A stretch of 64,000 nucleotides of DNA from an uncultured virus (IMG/VR IMGVR_UViG_3300046782_000829). Taxonomy: Duplodnaviria; Heunggongvirae; Uroviricota; Caudoviricetes. Positions 1-9,423 of this stretch are shown piece after piece. The DNA lies in the IMG/VR virus record IMGVR_UViG_3300046782_000829. One strand, 5' to 3'. The translations under genes were made by a program, and so were the position numbers. Each line of letters starts with the position of its first letter. Within the stretch, counting starts at the first letter, position 1. The notes beneath the pieces are model-generated. The model was given only the letters and a program-made list of their open reading frames with translations. It did no database searches and was not told the DNA's origin.

Positions 1-30
1 CTCAAACTTCTTCTCCTGCTTTTCCATCAT
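1..30 (-). CDS. 5' end of a gene truncated by the window edge (MMEKQEKKFE...)
   Basis: ATGA overlap with the stop codon of the 27..995 gene. Confidence 0.5.
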   Translation of the reverse strand, partial: MMEKQEKKFE

Positions 31-995
31 GCTTTCCCAAGCCTCTTTCGGAAGTCGTCCACTACGGTCTGGATCCCCTCCCGTAGCGGCACTGTCGGGC
101 GGAACCCTAGGACTGATGACGCAAGCGAGATATCGGGTCTCCTGATCTTCGGGTCGTCTGTCGGGAGGGCTTCCGTTACGGTCCTGAACGGTGCTCCGGT
201 TTCTTCCGAAACGATTGCCGCCAATTCCTCGATCGTAAACTCACCCGGGTTTCCCAGATTGGCGATAAAGGGACCGCCTGGCATGCGCGGATGCGTCGCC
301 ATTCTCCACAACCCATCGACGAGGTCGGAGCAGTGACAGAACGAACGCGTCTGGGTTCCGTCGCCATAGACGGTCAGGGGCTTTCCCAAGAGCGCCTGAA
401 GGACGAAGTTCGAAACAACCCGCCCGTCATTCAGGGCCATCCGGGGGCCGTACGTGTTGAAGATTCTCGCGATCCGGACGTCGATTCCCCACATCACGGA
501 TGCGTCACGCAGAAGCGTCTCGGCGGCCCGCTTCCCCTCGTCGTAACAGGACCGCGGTCCGACTGGATTCACGTTCCCCCAGTACGACTCCCGCTGAGGA
601 TGAACGAGTGGGTCCCCGTAGACTTCGGACGTCGACGCGTGGATGACCCGGCATCCAGTTGTGCGCGCCGCGCTTGCGGCTTCTGAGGCCCCCAGCACGC
701 ACGTCATCAGAGTCCCGTACGGATCCGCCTGGTAGTGAACCGGGCTAGCTGGGCACGCGAGGTTGAATAAAAAGTCGAGAAACCTGGAACCGAACAATTG
801 CCAAAACGACGGCGGAAGGTTTCGTACGTCCCCCCGTACGAAACGAAACTGCCCGCTTTTTTCGGCAGCCTCGAGGTTCCGTTCACTTCCCGTCATGAGG
901 TTGTCTATCCCGACGACCTCGAGCCCCTCCGCGAGCAGTCGGTCGCAAAGATGAGACCCCAGAAACCCGGCCGCACCGGTGACGATCGCCCTCAT
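27..995 (-). CDS. uxs: UDP-glucuronate decarboxylase / UDP-xylose synthase (extended SDR)
   Basis: TGAAGFLG Rossmann motif, NLACPASP, STSEVYGDP, YWGNVNPVGPRSCYDEGKR (YxxxK), RIFNTYGPRM, GDGTQTRSF. Confidence 0.92.
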   Translation of the reverse strand: MRAIVTGAAGFLGSHLCDRLLAEGLEVVGIDNLMTGSERNLEAAEKSGQFRFVRGDVRNLPPSFWQLFGSRFLDFLFNLACPASPVHYQADPYGTLMTCVLGASEAASAARTTGCRVIHASTSEVYGDPLVHPQRESYWGNVNPVGPRSCYDEGKRAAETLLRDASVMWGIDVRIARIFNTYGPRMALNDGRVVSNFVLQALLGKPLTVYGDGTQTRSFCHCSDLVDGLWRMATHPRMPGGPFIANLGNPGEFTIEELAAIVSEETGAPFRTVTEALPTDDPKIRRPDISLASSVLGFRPTVPLREGIQTVVDDFRKRLGKA

Positions 996-1891
996 CGGGC
1001 CCTCGGTTTCGCTCGTCCTTCGATCATCTTCCGAACCTCCGGCGACTTCGGCGCTTTCGACTGAATGAGCTCGAATCCGAGCTCATCGACCGCCGGGAGC
1101 GTCGCACGATCGATTCCTGGCTTCAGCTTCAGGGCCGTATCAAACCCTTTCCAGGCCCCCTTGATGACGTGTTGGGGGCGCTGAAACCGGCGCTTCGTCT
1201 CGACGATCCCGGGCCAAGCCTTCTCGAGCGACCTCGCCATCCGGAGGCGACCGTCCCCCTGATAGAGCTCCGCGGTGTTGCCGCCCTTCATCGTCATGGT
1301 CGTCATCTTCCAGACGAGGAACGCGTTGAACAGAACCGTGCACCACCCGCCGCTCAGGACCTGAAGGCAAAGGTCGGTGTCTTCGTTGTATCGACCCCTC
1401 CACCGGTACGGGAGATCGTTCCGGATCAAGAGGCACGAGTACACCCGGACGTTGAGATAGAACGGCGGCTGAACCGTGCGGTTCGCGCTGAACATGAAGT
1501 AGTTGAGGCCCGCGATCGCGACGTTCTGGTATCGGTCGACGAATCGCTCACAGGTCGCGAGCGCGGGCCCGGAGCTACACGGGATCTTGCGAGCCTTCCA
1601 ACGCCTGTAGGTACCCGAGATGTTGTCGTCGAGAATCCAGTGGCGTTCGGCCCCCGTAGCGGCCGAGTGCTCCCAGACGAAGTTCCGCGCCGGGATCCCG
1701 CCCTTTCCGAGATTGCTAAACGGTGTCTCGAGAATCTCTTCTGCGGTAGCGCCGTGCTTCAGGTAAAGGTCCCGCTCCTGCGGCTCGACGACGAGTCTGA
1801 ACGGTACCCCATCTCGCCTGAGGAACCGGGCCGTCATGCATCGCTCGGCCCGCCCCTTCGAGATCACGTACACCGGGTAAAGGGGGTTCAC
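992..1891 (-). CDS. GREB1-like / TET-JBP-associated GT-A glycosyltransferase (putative DNA base glycosyltransferase)
   Basis: N-terminal YPVYVISKGR, VVEPQE, ARNFVWEH, HWILDDNI (DD motif), YSCLLIRND, WRGRYNEDTDL, TMKGGNT. Confidence 0.78.
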   Translation of the reverse strand: MNPLYPVYVISKGRAERCMTARFLRRDGVPFRLVVEPQERDLYLKHGATAEEILETPFSNLGKGGIPARNFVWEHSAATGAERHWILDDNISGTYRRWKARKIPCSSGPALATCERFVDRYQNVAIAGLNYFMFSANRTVQPPFYLNVRVYSCLLIRNDLPYRWRGRYNEDTDLCLQVLSGGWCTVLFNAFLVWKMTTMTMKGGNTAELYQGDGRLRMARSLEKAWPGIVETKRRFQRPQHVIKGAWKGFDTALKLKPGIDRATLPAVDELGFELIQSKAPKSPEVRKMIEGRAKPRAR

Positions 1892-2586
1892 GTCTCGAAC
1901 CTCAGCCCCCCGACGTCCTCATTCTCGACGGAGGGCCAGCGAGCCCCCCAGGTCCCGTGGACCTTCTTCGCAATCCGAAGTTCGGCTTTGCGAACGAACT
2001 CGTCGCGGTCCGCTTCGGACGCGAACGACACGACGAGCTTCACTTGGCGTTCTCCCTGGTCGTACTCGGGCATCCCGACCCACTCGGCCGCGGCATCGAA
2101 CGTCGCGACCTCGGACGTCGGACGCGTTACCATCAGGAGCCCCGCCAACATCTGGTCGTCGAACCCGGTGCCGAGCAGGCCGAGTTCGTCCTCGTTCTTC
2201 ACCTGACGGAGCAGCTCCGTCAGCGCGCGGTCGTCCGACTCCGCGAACCTCCCGAGCTCGTTGTCGGCCGTCATGACCTTGAGGGCAGCGGGCGAATCGG
2301 GGTCGATATCGAGCCGAAACACCGGTACCTGGTCGAGCCCGAGCTTGCGTGCCGCTTCCGCGATGCCGTGACCGGCCAGGATCGTCCCGTCCCGCGCCAC
2401 CACGACCCGTCTGTAGATCCCGTACCGGCCGATCGACGCCGCGATGTGGTCGACCTGCTCCTGTGGATGCGATCGATAGTTCTTCGGGTGGGGCTTCAGC
2501 TCCGCGAGCGCCCAGTTCTCTTCGAACGACTGAACCGCATCCTTTTTCTTACCCTTCGCTACCGGGCGAACCTTGCTGGGGGGCAT
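1888..2586 (-). CDS. ParB/Srx N-terminal (CTPase/nuclease-fold) domain protein
   Basis: LKPHPKNYRSHPQEQVDHIAASIGRYG, VVARDGTILAGHG, ADNEL; start taken at ATG 2586. Confidence 0.8.
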   Translation of the reverse strand: MPPSKVRPVAKGKKKDAVQSFEENWALAELKPHPKNYRSHPQEQVDHIAASIGRYGIYRRVVVARDGTILAGHGIAEAARKLGLDQVPVFRLDIDPDSPAALKVMTADNELGRFAESDDRALTELLRQVKNEDELGLLGTGFDDQMLAGLLMVTRPTSEVATFDAAAEWVGMPEYDQGERQVKLVVSFASEADRDEFVRKAELRIAKKVHGTWGARWPSVENEDVGGLRFET

Positions 2587-3095
2587 GTCAGGAGCTGAAT
2601 GGCGCCGAACCAAACAGGAACTCGCTTGCCGTAATCGACGCCACGCCGACGAAGCAGGCGTGGGTTCCACCGACTCGGTTCTAACCCTTCCCCACCGATC
2701 GTTACGAACCCACCTCCCGCGTAATCGCTCGGAACCATTACGCGCCAAGCTTCGCGATTCCTTCGAAACCACAACATCGGAACTCGCCCCATCTCGTCGG
2801 CAGCCCTCTGGCACTGGCGCCACCATCCCCAGACCGGACTGGGGCGGCCCGACCGAAACGTCGACTCAGCCCACCCTTCGCGGTGCTTTACCTCAACGCA
2901 GAACGGAAACCGCTTCGCAGACGTCATGATGTCGCCGGACGCCTCGAATTCACCACGTGACTTCGCGTTCCCCCAGCCGCCGCTCCCGGGCGAGCGAACG
3001 AAGATACACCCGGGCTCGACCTGCCCCCACCAATCTCCGAACGTGCGGCAGACATCGAGCTCCGCCTTCGCGCCTTTTGAACGGGAATCGATCAC
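2559..3095 (-). CDS. PD-(D/E)XK Holliday junction resolvase-like nuclease
   Basis: SRSKGAKAE, RSPGSGGW, GDI...FPFCVEVK; GTG start overlaps the SbcC stop (GTGA). Confidence 0.75.
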   Translation of the reverse strand: MIDSRSKGAKAELDVCRTFGDWWGQVEPGCIFVRSPGSGGWGNAKSRGEFEASGDIMTSAKRFPFCVEVKHREGWAESTFRSGRPSPVWGWWRQCQRAADEMGRVPMLWFRRNREAWRVMVPSDYAGGGFVTIGGEGLEPSRWNPRLLRRRGVDYGKRVPVWFGAIQLLTCPPARFAR

Positions 3096-5059
3096 GCCAC
3101 TACCCGAGCGGTTGACCCTCGGTCGGTCCCGACGATCTCGATCCTCCCAGGGAAAGCATCGTTCGTCTCGGGTCGGTGCGTGATGACGAACGCCTGCCGG
3201 AACCCGTACCGGCTCGAAAGAAGAGACGCGACGTGTGCCGATAACGACCGCTGGTTCGCGCTGTCGAGCGACCCAAACGGTTCGTCGATGAAGCAGGTCG
3301 ACCACGCCGCACTTCGGTCCCGGCGGAGCCAACGGGCAGCCGATAGTTGGAACGCGATCCCGCAAAGATCATCCGCGCCCCCCGACTTGTCCGAAAGCTT
3401 TAGGTCGAGCCTGTGCTCGACGTTGTGGCCGCGAGCGGTCCCGCAGCGCGCGCATTCCTTCACGCGGGCACTTCTGCCGAACGGAGTCCCGCAGGCCTCA
3501 CACGAATCAGCTAGACCCTTGCCCTCGTGCCCCCACCGGACCTCCATCCGGAGCCTCATGCCGCAGTCCGCCAGCATCCCGTTCGCCCCGTCCTGGATCG
3601 CACCGAGTACGCCCTCCGCGATCCTCCGCTGGGCTCCACCGCGACCAAAGATCGCAAGCGCCTCGCGCGCGGTCGCGAGTTCCTTTTCCCGGGCAGCGAT
3701 TCGGCCAACCAGCTCGTCAGCGCGTCGCTTCCGCTCCGCAAACCCATCGAGTGCCTGTTTGGCCTGCCAGACCCGTTCGCGCGCTTCCGACTCAACGATC
3801 TTCACGCTCCCGAGCTCATCGTCGAGTGCCGTCAGATCGACAGCGCCTTCCCGTTCGGCCGCGGCTCTCGCTATCGGTTTGAGCCGTCGTGCCTCTACCC
3901 GATGGGCCTCGATTCGTCCCTTCAGGTCGTCGCGCTTCCGCAGCACGGCCTCTGTGCGAACCAACGTGGTTGCGTCGTCGCTCGCCTGTTTCTTCGCGAC
4001 CCCGTACCGGGCCGACGCGTCCTCGAGCAGCTTCAGATTCCCTGCCCTATCGGCATTGATCTGTTTCTCGATCGGACACGCACAGCCGGCAACCGGGCAT
4101 ACACCGTCGAACTTCCCGCGGGAAAGTTGGTCTTTCGACCTTACCTCCTGGTAAAGGGTTCGCTCGACCGCCAACGACGCGTCTCGCGCCTCCCGTGCCT
4201 TCGTGATGGCGGTAGTGACTTCGAGCTCGGACGGCATCGCGGCGAGCTCGGTCGCCATCGCGGTCCCTTGATCAACCACCTCTCGGAATCTCGCAAGGTC
4301 GCGCTGACCGGTCCGGGCCGCGACCGCTGCGTCGCGACGACCCGATACTTCCAGGACTACCCGGGCCGCGGCATCGAGCGAACGGGACGCATCCTCGAGT
4401 GCTTTTTGCCAAGAAGCCTGCACGACCTCGACCGGGTCGCTACCAGGGTCGCCTTTCAGTTCGGACCCCGTGAGCCGATTGAGCTCGGACCGGTCCGCGT
4501 CCTGAAGATCCGCGAGTCCTGCGGCCTTCGCCCTCAGGATCTTCTCGCCCTCCTGGACGGGTGCGAACCTGAGCCACTCACCCACGATCGCGATCCGGTC
4601 GGCTGGTTTCGCCGAAACGAACCAAGACGTCTTTTTCTGCTCGACGTACGGGCCGCGGCAAAAGTCCCGTAGCGAAAGCCCAACGCGCTCGCATATGATC
4701 TGTTGGGCCTCATCCCCGGTCGCCTCGCCGATACCCGGAATCTGGACGACGAGCTTCGTCGGACTTCCGCGCCGGCGCGAACGCGTTACCGTCATGGGCT
4801 CGTCGCCATCTTTTAGCAGCAGACGGACCGAACCGGACCGTTCGCCGTCCGTGATCCAATCGTCCTCGTATTCCTTGCGGTGCTGTCCGTAGAGACCAAA
4901 CAAGACCGACTCGACGAACGAACTTTTACCCTGCCAGTTCGAGCGGTCCGCTTCGTCCTGCCGACGCGCGACGATCGAGTACGCTTTCGGCTCCAGCGCC
5001 AGAACCTGCTGGCCCCGGTAGCAGAGCCAATTCTCAAGTCCGATCTCGGTGACGATCAC
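3092..5059 (-). CDS. sbcC: SbcC/Rad50-like SMC ATPase
   Basis: IGLENWLCY, Walker A NWQGKSS, coiled coils, central Cys hook (VCPVAGCACP), KSGG signature, FIDEPFGSLD, VITH; GTG start overlaps the upstream stop. Confidence 0.88.
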   Translation of the reverse strand: MIVTEIGLENWLCYRGQQVLALEPKAYSIVARRQDEADRSNWQGKSSFVESVLFGLYGQHRKEYEDDWITDGERSGSVRLLLKDGDEPMTVTRSRRRGSPTKLVVQIPGIGEATGDEAQQIICERVGLSLRDFCRGPYVEQKKTSWFVSAKPADRIAIVGEWLRFAPVQEGEKILRAKAAGLADLQDADRSELNRLTGSELKGDPGSDPVEVVQASWQKALEDASRSLDAAARVVLEVSGRRDAAVAARTGQRDLARFREVVDQGTAMATELAAMPSELEVTTAITKAREARDASLAVERTLYQEVRSKDQLSRGKFDGVCPVAGCACPIEKQINADRAGNLKLLEDASARYGVAKKQASDDATTLVRTEAVLRKRDDLKGRIEAHRVEARRLKPIARAAAEREGAVDLTALDDELGSVKIVESEARERVWQAKQALDGFAERKRRADELVGRIAAREKELATAREALAIFGRGGAQRRIAEGVLGAIQDGANGMLADCGMRLRMEVRWGHEGKGLADSCEACGTPFGRSARVKECARCGTARGHNVEHRLDLKLSDKSGGADDLCGIAFQLSAARWLRRDRSAAWSTCFIDEPFGSLDSANQRSLSAHVASLLSSRYGFRQAFVITHRPETNDAFPGRIEIVGTDRGSTARVVA

Positions 5060-5451
5060 AGCTTCACCTCGGTCATCACGGACTCGCAGAGCGCGACGAG
5101 CGCCGGTCGGTTTTGCGTCGGAACCTCGGCCGCCATCGCGACGATCACGGCGCGCGCACCAGGACATTCGGCCGCCGGTTCGGTTTGGCCGACCGGGACC
5201 GCGCCGCGCGGCGCGGCCGGCATCGGCCTTACGGCCTTCGCGATTCCCTCAAGGGCCTTCAGGGCAAGCTCGATCTCTTTCTCGCCGGTGCCGGCGGGAG
5301 GAAACAGGCGAACGAGGGACCCGACCGGAACGAGATCGCGATCGTGGGTATCCCAGAATGGGCTATCGGCCGAGATCGTTACGACCTCGCGCGCGTGCTT
5401 GTTCAGAACCTCCGTTACCTTCACGGTCTGCTGCGGTTTCCGCCTCGCCAC
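5056..5451 (-). CDS. Hypothetical protein, possibly the detached C-terminal part of SbcD
   Basis: 131-aa ORF tightly packed between sbcD and sbcC. Confidence 0.55.
   Translation of the reverse strand: MARRKPQQTVKVTEVLNKHAREVVTISADSPFWDTHDRDLVPVGSLVRLFPPAGTGEKEIELALKALEGIAKAVRPMPAAPRGAVPVGQTEPAAECPGARAVIVAMAAEVPTQNRPALVALCESVMTEVKL
5198..5217. repeat. 20-bp palindrome, near copy (19/20), inside a CDS
   Basis: ACCGCGCCGCGCGGCGCGGC. Confidence 0.75.
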
Positions 5452-6189
5452 CTAGACCTCCACGATCGCGCAGCCAGGTTGGTTCTGCTCTTCGCCGAAC
5501 GAAAGACGCTCGAGAGATCCCGGCATGAAAACTTCGCCGACCTGCTGTCGCTTGTGGTAGTGGCCGTTTAGGCAGAACCGGCGAGGCAGTAGCTTCACCG
5601 CTTCTACCGGGAACCGAACGTCGCGACCCCGCGGCATGTCGAGCGTCTCGGACCCCAGTAGAGCACCCTCGACCTGAAGGTGGCCGAGCACGACGTGGAA
5701 CGTATCGGTCCCGCGGGAGCGTTCCCCGAATCCCTTTACGACCGCGTGCGGATCGTACGCGCGAGAACGTGCGACGAACGGAAGTGCACAAAAAAGAAAC
5801 CCTCCTTCGACCCCACCTCGGTTAGGGACCGTGAGCGCACCTGGTTCCTCGAACACGACCGTCTTGTCGAGCTTCGCCTCCGCGAGCGGCGTTAGAGTCG
5901 TGTTACCGGTACCGTCTTCGAGAACGTCGTGGTTACCCGAGATCCAAAAGTTCGGGATCCCGTTCTGTCCGAGGAACCGGGCGATCTTCAATGAGAGCGC
6001 GATCCCCCGGATGGTTCCGACGGCCGATAGATCGGGATCGCAAAGGTCACCGTTGAAGCAGTAGAGATCGACGCCTTCCCGGACCGCGAGCTCGGCTGTC
6101 GCCATCGCGGCTCGCTCAACATCACCGGCACGTCGATACCCAGCCGTCACGGCGTCGACGTGCCAGTCACCTGTGGTCAGGAATCTCAT
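5452..6189 (-). CDS. sbcD: SbcD/Mre11-like metallophosphoesterase nuclease
   Basis: GDWH, NGDLCD, SGNHD, LNGHYHKRQ, PGSLERLSFGE; ATG overlaps the recA stop. Confidence 0.88.
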   Translation of the reverse strand: MRFLTTGDWHVDAVTAGYRRAGDVERAAMATAELAVREGVDLYCFNGDLCDPDLSAVGTIRGIALSLKIARFLGQNGIPNFWISGNHDVLEDGTGNTTLTPLAEAKLDKTVVFEEPGALTVPNRGGVEGGFLFCALPFVARSRAYDPHAVVKGFGERSRGTDTFHVVLGHLQVEGALLGSETLDMPRGRDVRFPVEAVKLLPRRFCLNGHYHKRQQVGEVFMPGSLERLSFGEEQNQPGCAIVEV

Positions 6190-7403
6190 TCTGCCGCTTC
6201 CGGCTTGGCGCCGAACTGTCCCCGGACCTCGCGCTCGAGGGCCCCCAGCATCTCGGGGTCGCCCGCGAGTGCCTTCAGGGCGGCCGCTTTGCCGTTCCAG
6301 CGCTTCCCCGGCGTCGACCAACTGAGCCACGCACCGCCAGGCGACTTCACGACCGCAAGCTCCATCCCGAGCTCCAGGACGTCGCGGGCGCGGTCGAATC
6401 CCTCGGGTGTCTGAACGCCGTTCGAGGTGTGGAAGTACGTGTCGGTATGCTTGTCGTCCTTGCCGCCGATCTTCGTCTTCCAGATCCGGACCTGATGCTG
6501 TTCCCCCACGACGGTCCCGCCGTCGGTCTTGGAGGCGCCGACCCGCGTCCACTCTTTCCGCGTCACCCGGATCCCGAGCGATGAATCGAACACGAGGGCC
6601 CCGCCGCCCGTGATCTTGAAGTCCTGCCCGTACTTCCGCTTGTTCGCGTCCGCGTTGACATCCTGCGACTCGCGCGCGATCACGACCATCGCGGTGTTGG
6701 TCTGCTGGAGCAGCATCGTGACCTCGTCGAGCCACGCCGCGTTCATGGCCGCCTTTATCTGAGCGGCCCTGCCCCCCATGCCGTCGACGCTCCCCTTCTC
6801 GCCCTCGGCCCCGATGTCCTGAATCTTGTCCCAGATATTCTGGGGAACGAGCTTTCGAATCGAGTCGACAACGACGAGAGCCGTTGTGTCCTTCGGGATC
6901 TGACCCTTCTCGCGGGCCTCACCAATTCCGACGAGATACTCGCGTGTCGCGTCGACCGTTTCCTCGTACGAGGTCGGCCGAATCGCGCTGAACCCGGGGT
7001 GATCGGCGTTCGGCCCCATCAGCTTCTCGACCCAATCGATCGGTGTCGTGTTCTCGGCATCGATCAGACCAAAGAAGTGGTCGCGATTCAGGAACGAAAG
7101 TCCTAATCCAAGGACGAATGCCGTTTTGCCATGATTCGAGGGACCGTGGACGATCCCGAACCGAGCGAGCGGATGACCGCCGACTCGCGTCCCCATGTCG
7201 TACCAGGGGAAGATCGTCGGAACCGCCTCGACCTTGAGCAGAACGTCGCGAGCCGGGCGAAACGCTTTGAAGCGCTTCGACACGGCCGCGAGTGCCTTCA
7301 GTCGTTCGTTCCTGGCAGATGAGCCGCCGTTGCCCCCGTCGCCGGCAGTAAGCGTTGCCTCTACCGGCGTCTCATTCTCGGCCGTTTCTTTCTTTTTTCG
7401 CAT
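6186..7403 (-). CDS. recA: RecA-like recombinase
   Basis: Walker A GPSNHGKT, IDAE, VVVDSI, TGGGALVFDSSLGIRV, KTKIG, GGAWLSW...WNGK. Confidence 0.88.
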   Translation of the reverse strand: MRKKKETAENETPVEATLTAGDGGNGGSSARNERLKALAAVSKRFKAFRPARDVLLKVEAVPTIFPWYDMGTRVGGHPLARFGIVHGPSNHGKTAFVLGLGLSFLNRDHFFGLIDAENTTPIDWVEKLMGPNADHPGFSAIRPTSYEETVDATREYLVGIGEAREKGQIPKDTTALVVVDSIRKLVPQNIWDKIQDIGAEGEKGSVDGMGGRAAQIKAAMNAAWLDEVTMLLQQTNTAMVVIARESQDVNADANKRKYGQDFKITGGGALVFDSSLGIRVTRKEWTRVGASKTDGGTVVGEQHQVRIWKTKIGGKDDKHTDTYFHTSNGVQTPEGFDRARDVLELGMELAVVKSPGGAWLSWSTPGKRWNGKAAALKALAGDPEMLGALEREVRGQFGAKPEAAE

Positions 7404-7417
7404 GGGAATAAGGCCTT

Positions 7418-8809
7418 TTAGAATTCCCATCTCCACCAACGCTCACCGGTCATTCTGGCTACGTCGCAATAAATGAAGGGGATCTCGTCGTCACTGCCTT
7501 CGAACGCGGCCGCGAGCCCAGCCGATACCGGTGACGTTGCAGGAGCCGTTTGAGCGGATTGGGTCGGCGGTGGTGCGGGCGGTGGGGTCGGGATCGGAAA
7601 CGTTTTCTGAGCGAGCTCACGCTTTGCCTCGCTTCGTTTTTTGAGCGGAGGGGGTGGCGGGGGTGGCGGAATCGCGGGAGCTGCCTGCTCGACCTCGTAC
7701 ACCTTCCCGCACGCGAGACACTTCGGGGCAGTTGCGGGCATCGGTGTCTCGCATCCGTCGCACGCGACCATGTCGTCCGGTTCCGACGCCGGCGGTGCCT
7801 CGGGCGCCGCTGCTTCCTCGGGCGAGTCGTCCTGCTCATCTTCCGCGAGATGACCGACTTCCGGAGCGTCCTTGTCCTTCGAGTCGCGCTCTGCTGCCTC
7901 ATCGGGCAGGTAGGAGGTCCAGTCGATTCCGCTGAGGCAACAGTGCTCCTCGAGCATCGCCCGCACGGCCGTTCGGGACTTCCCACCGACGATGTGGTCG
8001 AGGTTCGGGGGTGGACCGTCGATCAGCTTGGCGATCTCGGGCGTTAGCTTCTCCTCCACCATCGGGATAACCCCATAGGCTTCGTTGAACGATTCCGCCT
8101 TGTCGTCGTACTCCCACAGGAACGGGTACGGATTCTGGTACGGGTCCCCCTTCTCACGCCGGCTCTTCAGCTGGTCGCGCAGAACCCGGCGCATCTTGTC
8201 GCCGAGCCCGGAGGTCTCGACCGCGATCTGGACGCCCGACTTTACGTCGGAGTCGTCGACGACGCTGAACACGTATTCGGCTTTCGGCTTCGAGACCTGC
8301 TTCCACGCCTCTTTGACGAAGATGCCCTTGTCGCGAAGCTCGCCCTTCTCGTCGTCCGTGAGCTTCGGAGATCCGAAGAACCCCAGGAGACCACCCGCGT
8401 ACATGATGCGCTCGGTTCGGCCGTCGGGAGTGCGGAACCGAAACACCGGCTCGGTCCACGACATCTTACCCCCGACGATCTCCTGGTAGAGATCCTCGAG
8501 GAATCGGCAGTAGCCGCAGGACGGCGGGTGCTTCCGCTGTTTCGTATCCTTGTCGCGAAAGTTCTGGTTTCGCAGGACGTCCTCGTCGGTCTCGAAACAC
8601 CCGAACTTGTCACCCCAAATCTCGGCCGGCTTATCCTTCAGGTCCGCGACCCGCATGAACTGGTGACGCCAGAGGCAGTGGATGCGCGACTTCCGCGACA
8701 ACCAGACGAGGATCTTCCCCTTGTCCTTCCAGCTCTTCAGAACCTGCCCTCGACCGCCCCTCGTGGAGTGGTTGAGAAACTCGTCCATCGTCATCCCGGT
8801 ACCGGCCAT
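7418..8809 (-). CDS. Putative single-stranded DNA-binding protein with a Zn ribbon and Pro-rich linker
   Basis: Lies between PolB and RecA; CxxC motifs; acidic/Pro-rich tail containing DDEIPF. Confidence 0.55.
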   Translation of the reverse strand: MAGTGMTMDEFLNHSTRGGRGQVLKSWKDKGKILVWLSRKSRIHCLWRHQFMRVADLKDKPAEIWGDKFGCFETDEDVLRNQNFRDKDTKQRKHPPSCGYCRFLEDLYQEIVGGKMSWTEPVFRFRTPDGRTERIMYAGGLLGFFGSPKLTDDEKGELRDKGIFVKEAWKQVSKPKAEYVFSVVDDSDVKSGVQIAVETSGLGDKMRRVLRDQLKSRREKGDPYQNPYPFLWEYDDKAESFNEAYGVIPMVEEKLTPEIAKLIDGPPPNLDHIVGGKSRTAVRAMLEEHCCLSGIDWTSYLPDEAAERDSKDKDAPEVGHLAEDEQDDSPEEAAAPEAPPASEPDDMVACDGCETPMPATAPKCLACGKVYEVEQAAPAIPPPPPPPPLKKRSEAKRELAQKTFPIPTPPPAPPPTQSAQTAPATSPVSAGLAAAFEGSDDEIPFIYCDVARMTGERWWRWEF

Positions 8810-9417
8810 TACTTCCTCCTGTTCGCGATCATCGTCATGAGGCTCGCGCATCGGCTCGACCAGAGCGCCGCGAGCTTTTTGGTGTGTTGGACCATCGCGT
8901 CGAGCGTGGCCTCTCGGCGGGCGAAGTCCCGGTACTCGTCCGGGTAACGCTGCGCACACGCCGCCCTGACGTCAGCGTCCGTGATGTTCTTCGACTTCAG
9001 GACTCCCGAGTCCTTTTGCTCTTGCAGATAGAGCGAACACGCGCTCCAAATCGGAGCCTGAAAAACCTCGAATTCCTTCAGACACGCGTCGCGCTCGACC
9101 TGCGCGTTGACCGCGATCTTATCCGCAACCCGCGCGTTGTCTTCCGCCTGATCGAGTGCCTCCATCAGGGTCCCGAGGTCGTTCCGCTGGGCCCCTACCC
9201 GTAGGGCCTTCTCGAGTCGGTCGTATTCAGCTTCCGCGTTCGGTAGGTCGAGCACCCGCGTCAGGATTCTCTCGAATTCATCCGACATCCGCGGCTTGCC
9301 GTCCGGCACTACCGTCACGAAGGCTTCCGCGACCGTCTTGGGGGCTTCGGGCTCGTTCGACACTTCGGCCAACGGCGGGCCTACCCGGGCCGCCACGACC
9401 TCGCTGCGCTTACGCAT
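8809..9417 (-). CDS. Helical hypothetical protein, possible UvsY-like recombination mediator
   Basis: Coiled-coil pattern with ITDADVRA; neighbours are SSB-like and RecA genes. Function is inferred from context. Confidence 0.4.
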   Translation of the reverse strand: MRKRSEVVAARVGPPLAEVSNEPEAPKTVAEAFVTVVPDGKPRMSDEFERILTRVLDLPNAEAEYDRLEKALRVGAQRNDLGTLMEALDQAEDNARVADKIAVNAQVERDACLKEFEVFQAPIWSACSLYLQEQKDSGVLKSKNITDADVRAACAQRYPDEYRDFARREATLDAMVQHTKKLAALWSSRCASLMTMIANRRK

Positions 9418-9423
9418 GCCGGC

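Noticed and set aside
27..995. uxs as a host LPS gene marking a prophage boundary
   Set aside because: It is coupled by overlapping start/stop codons to the phage genes upstream, and no att site or integrase is visible; this cannot be fully excluded without the left flank.
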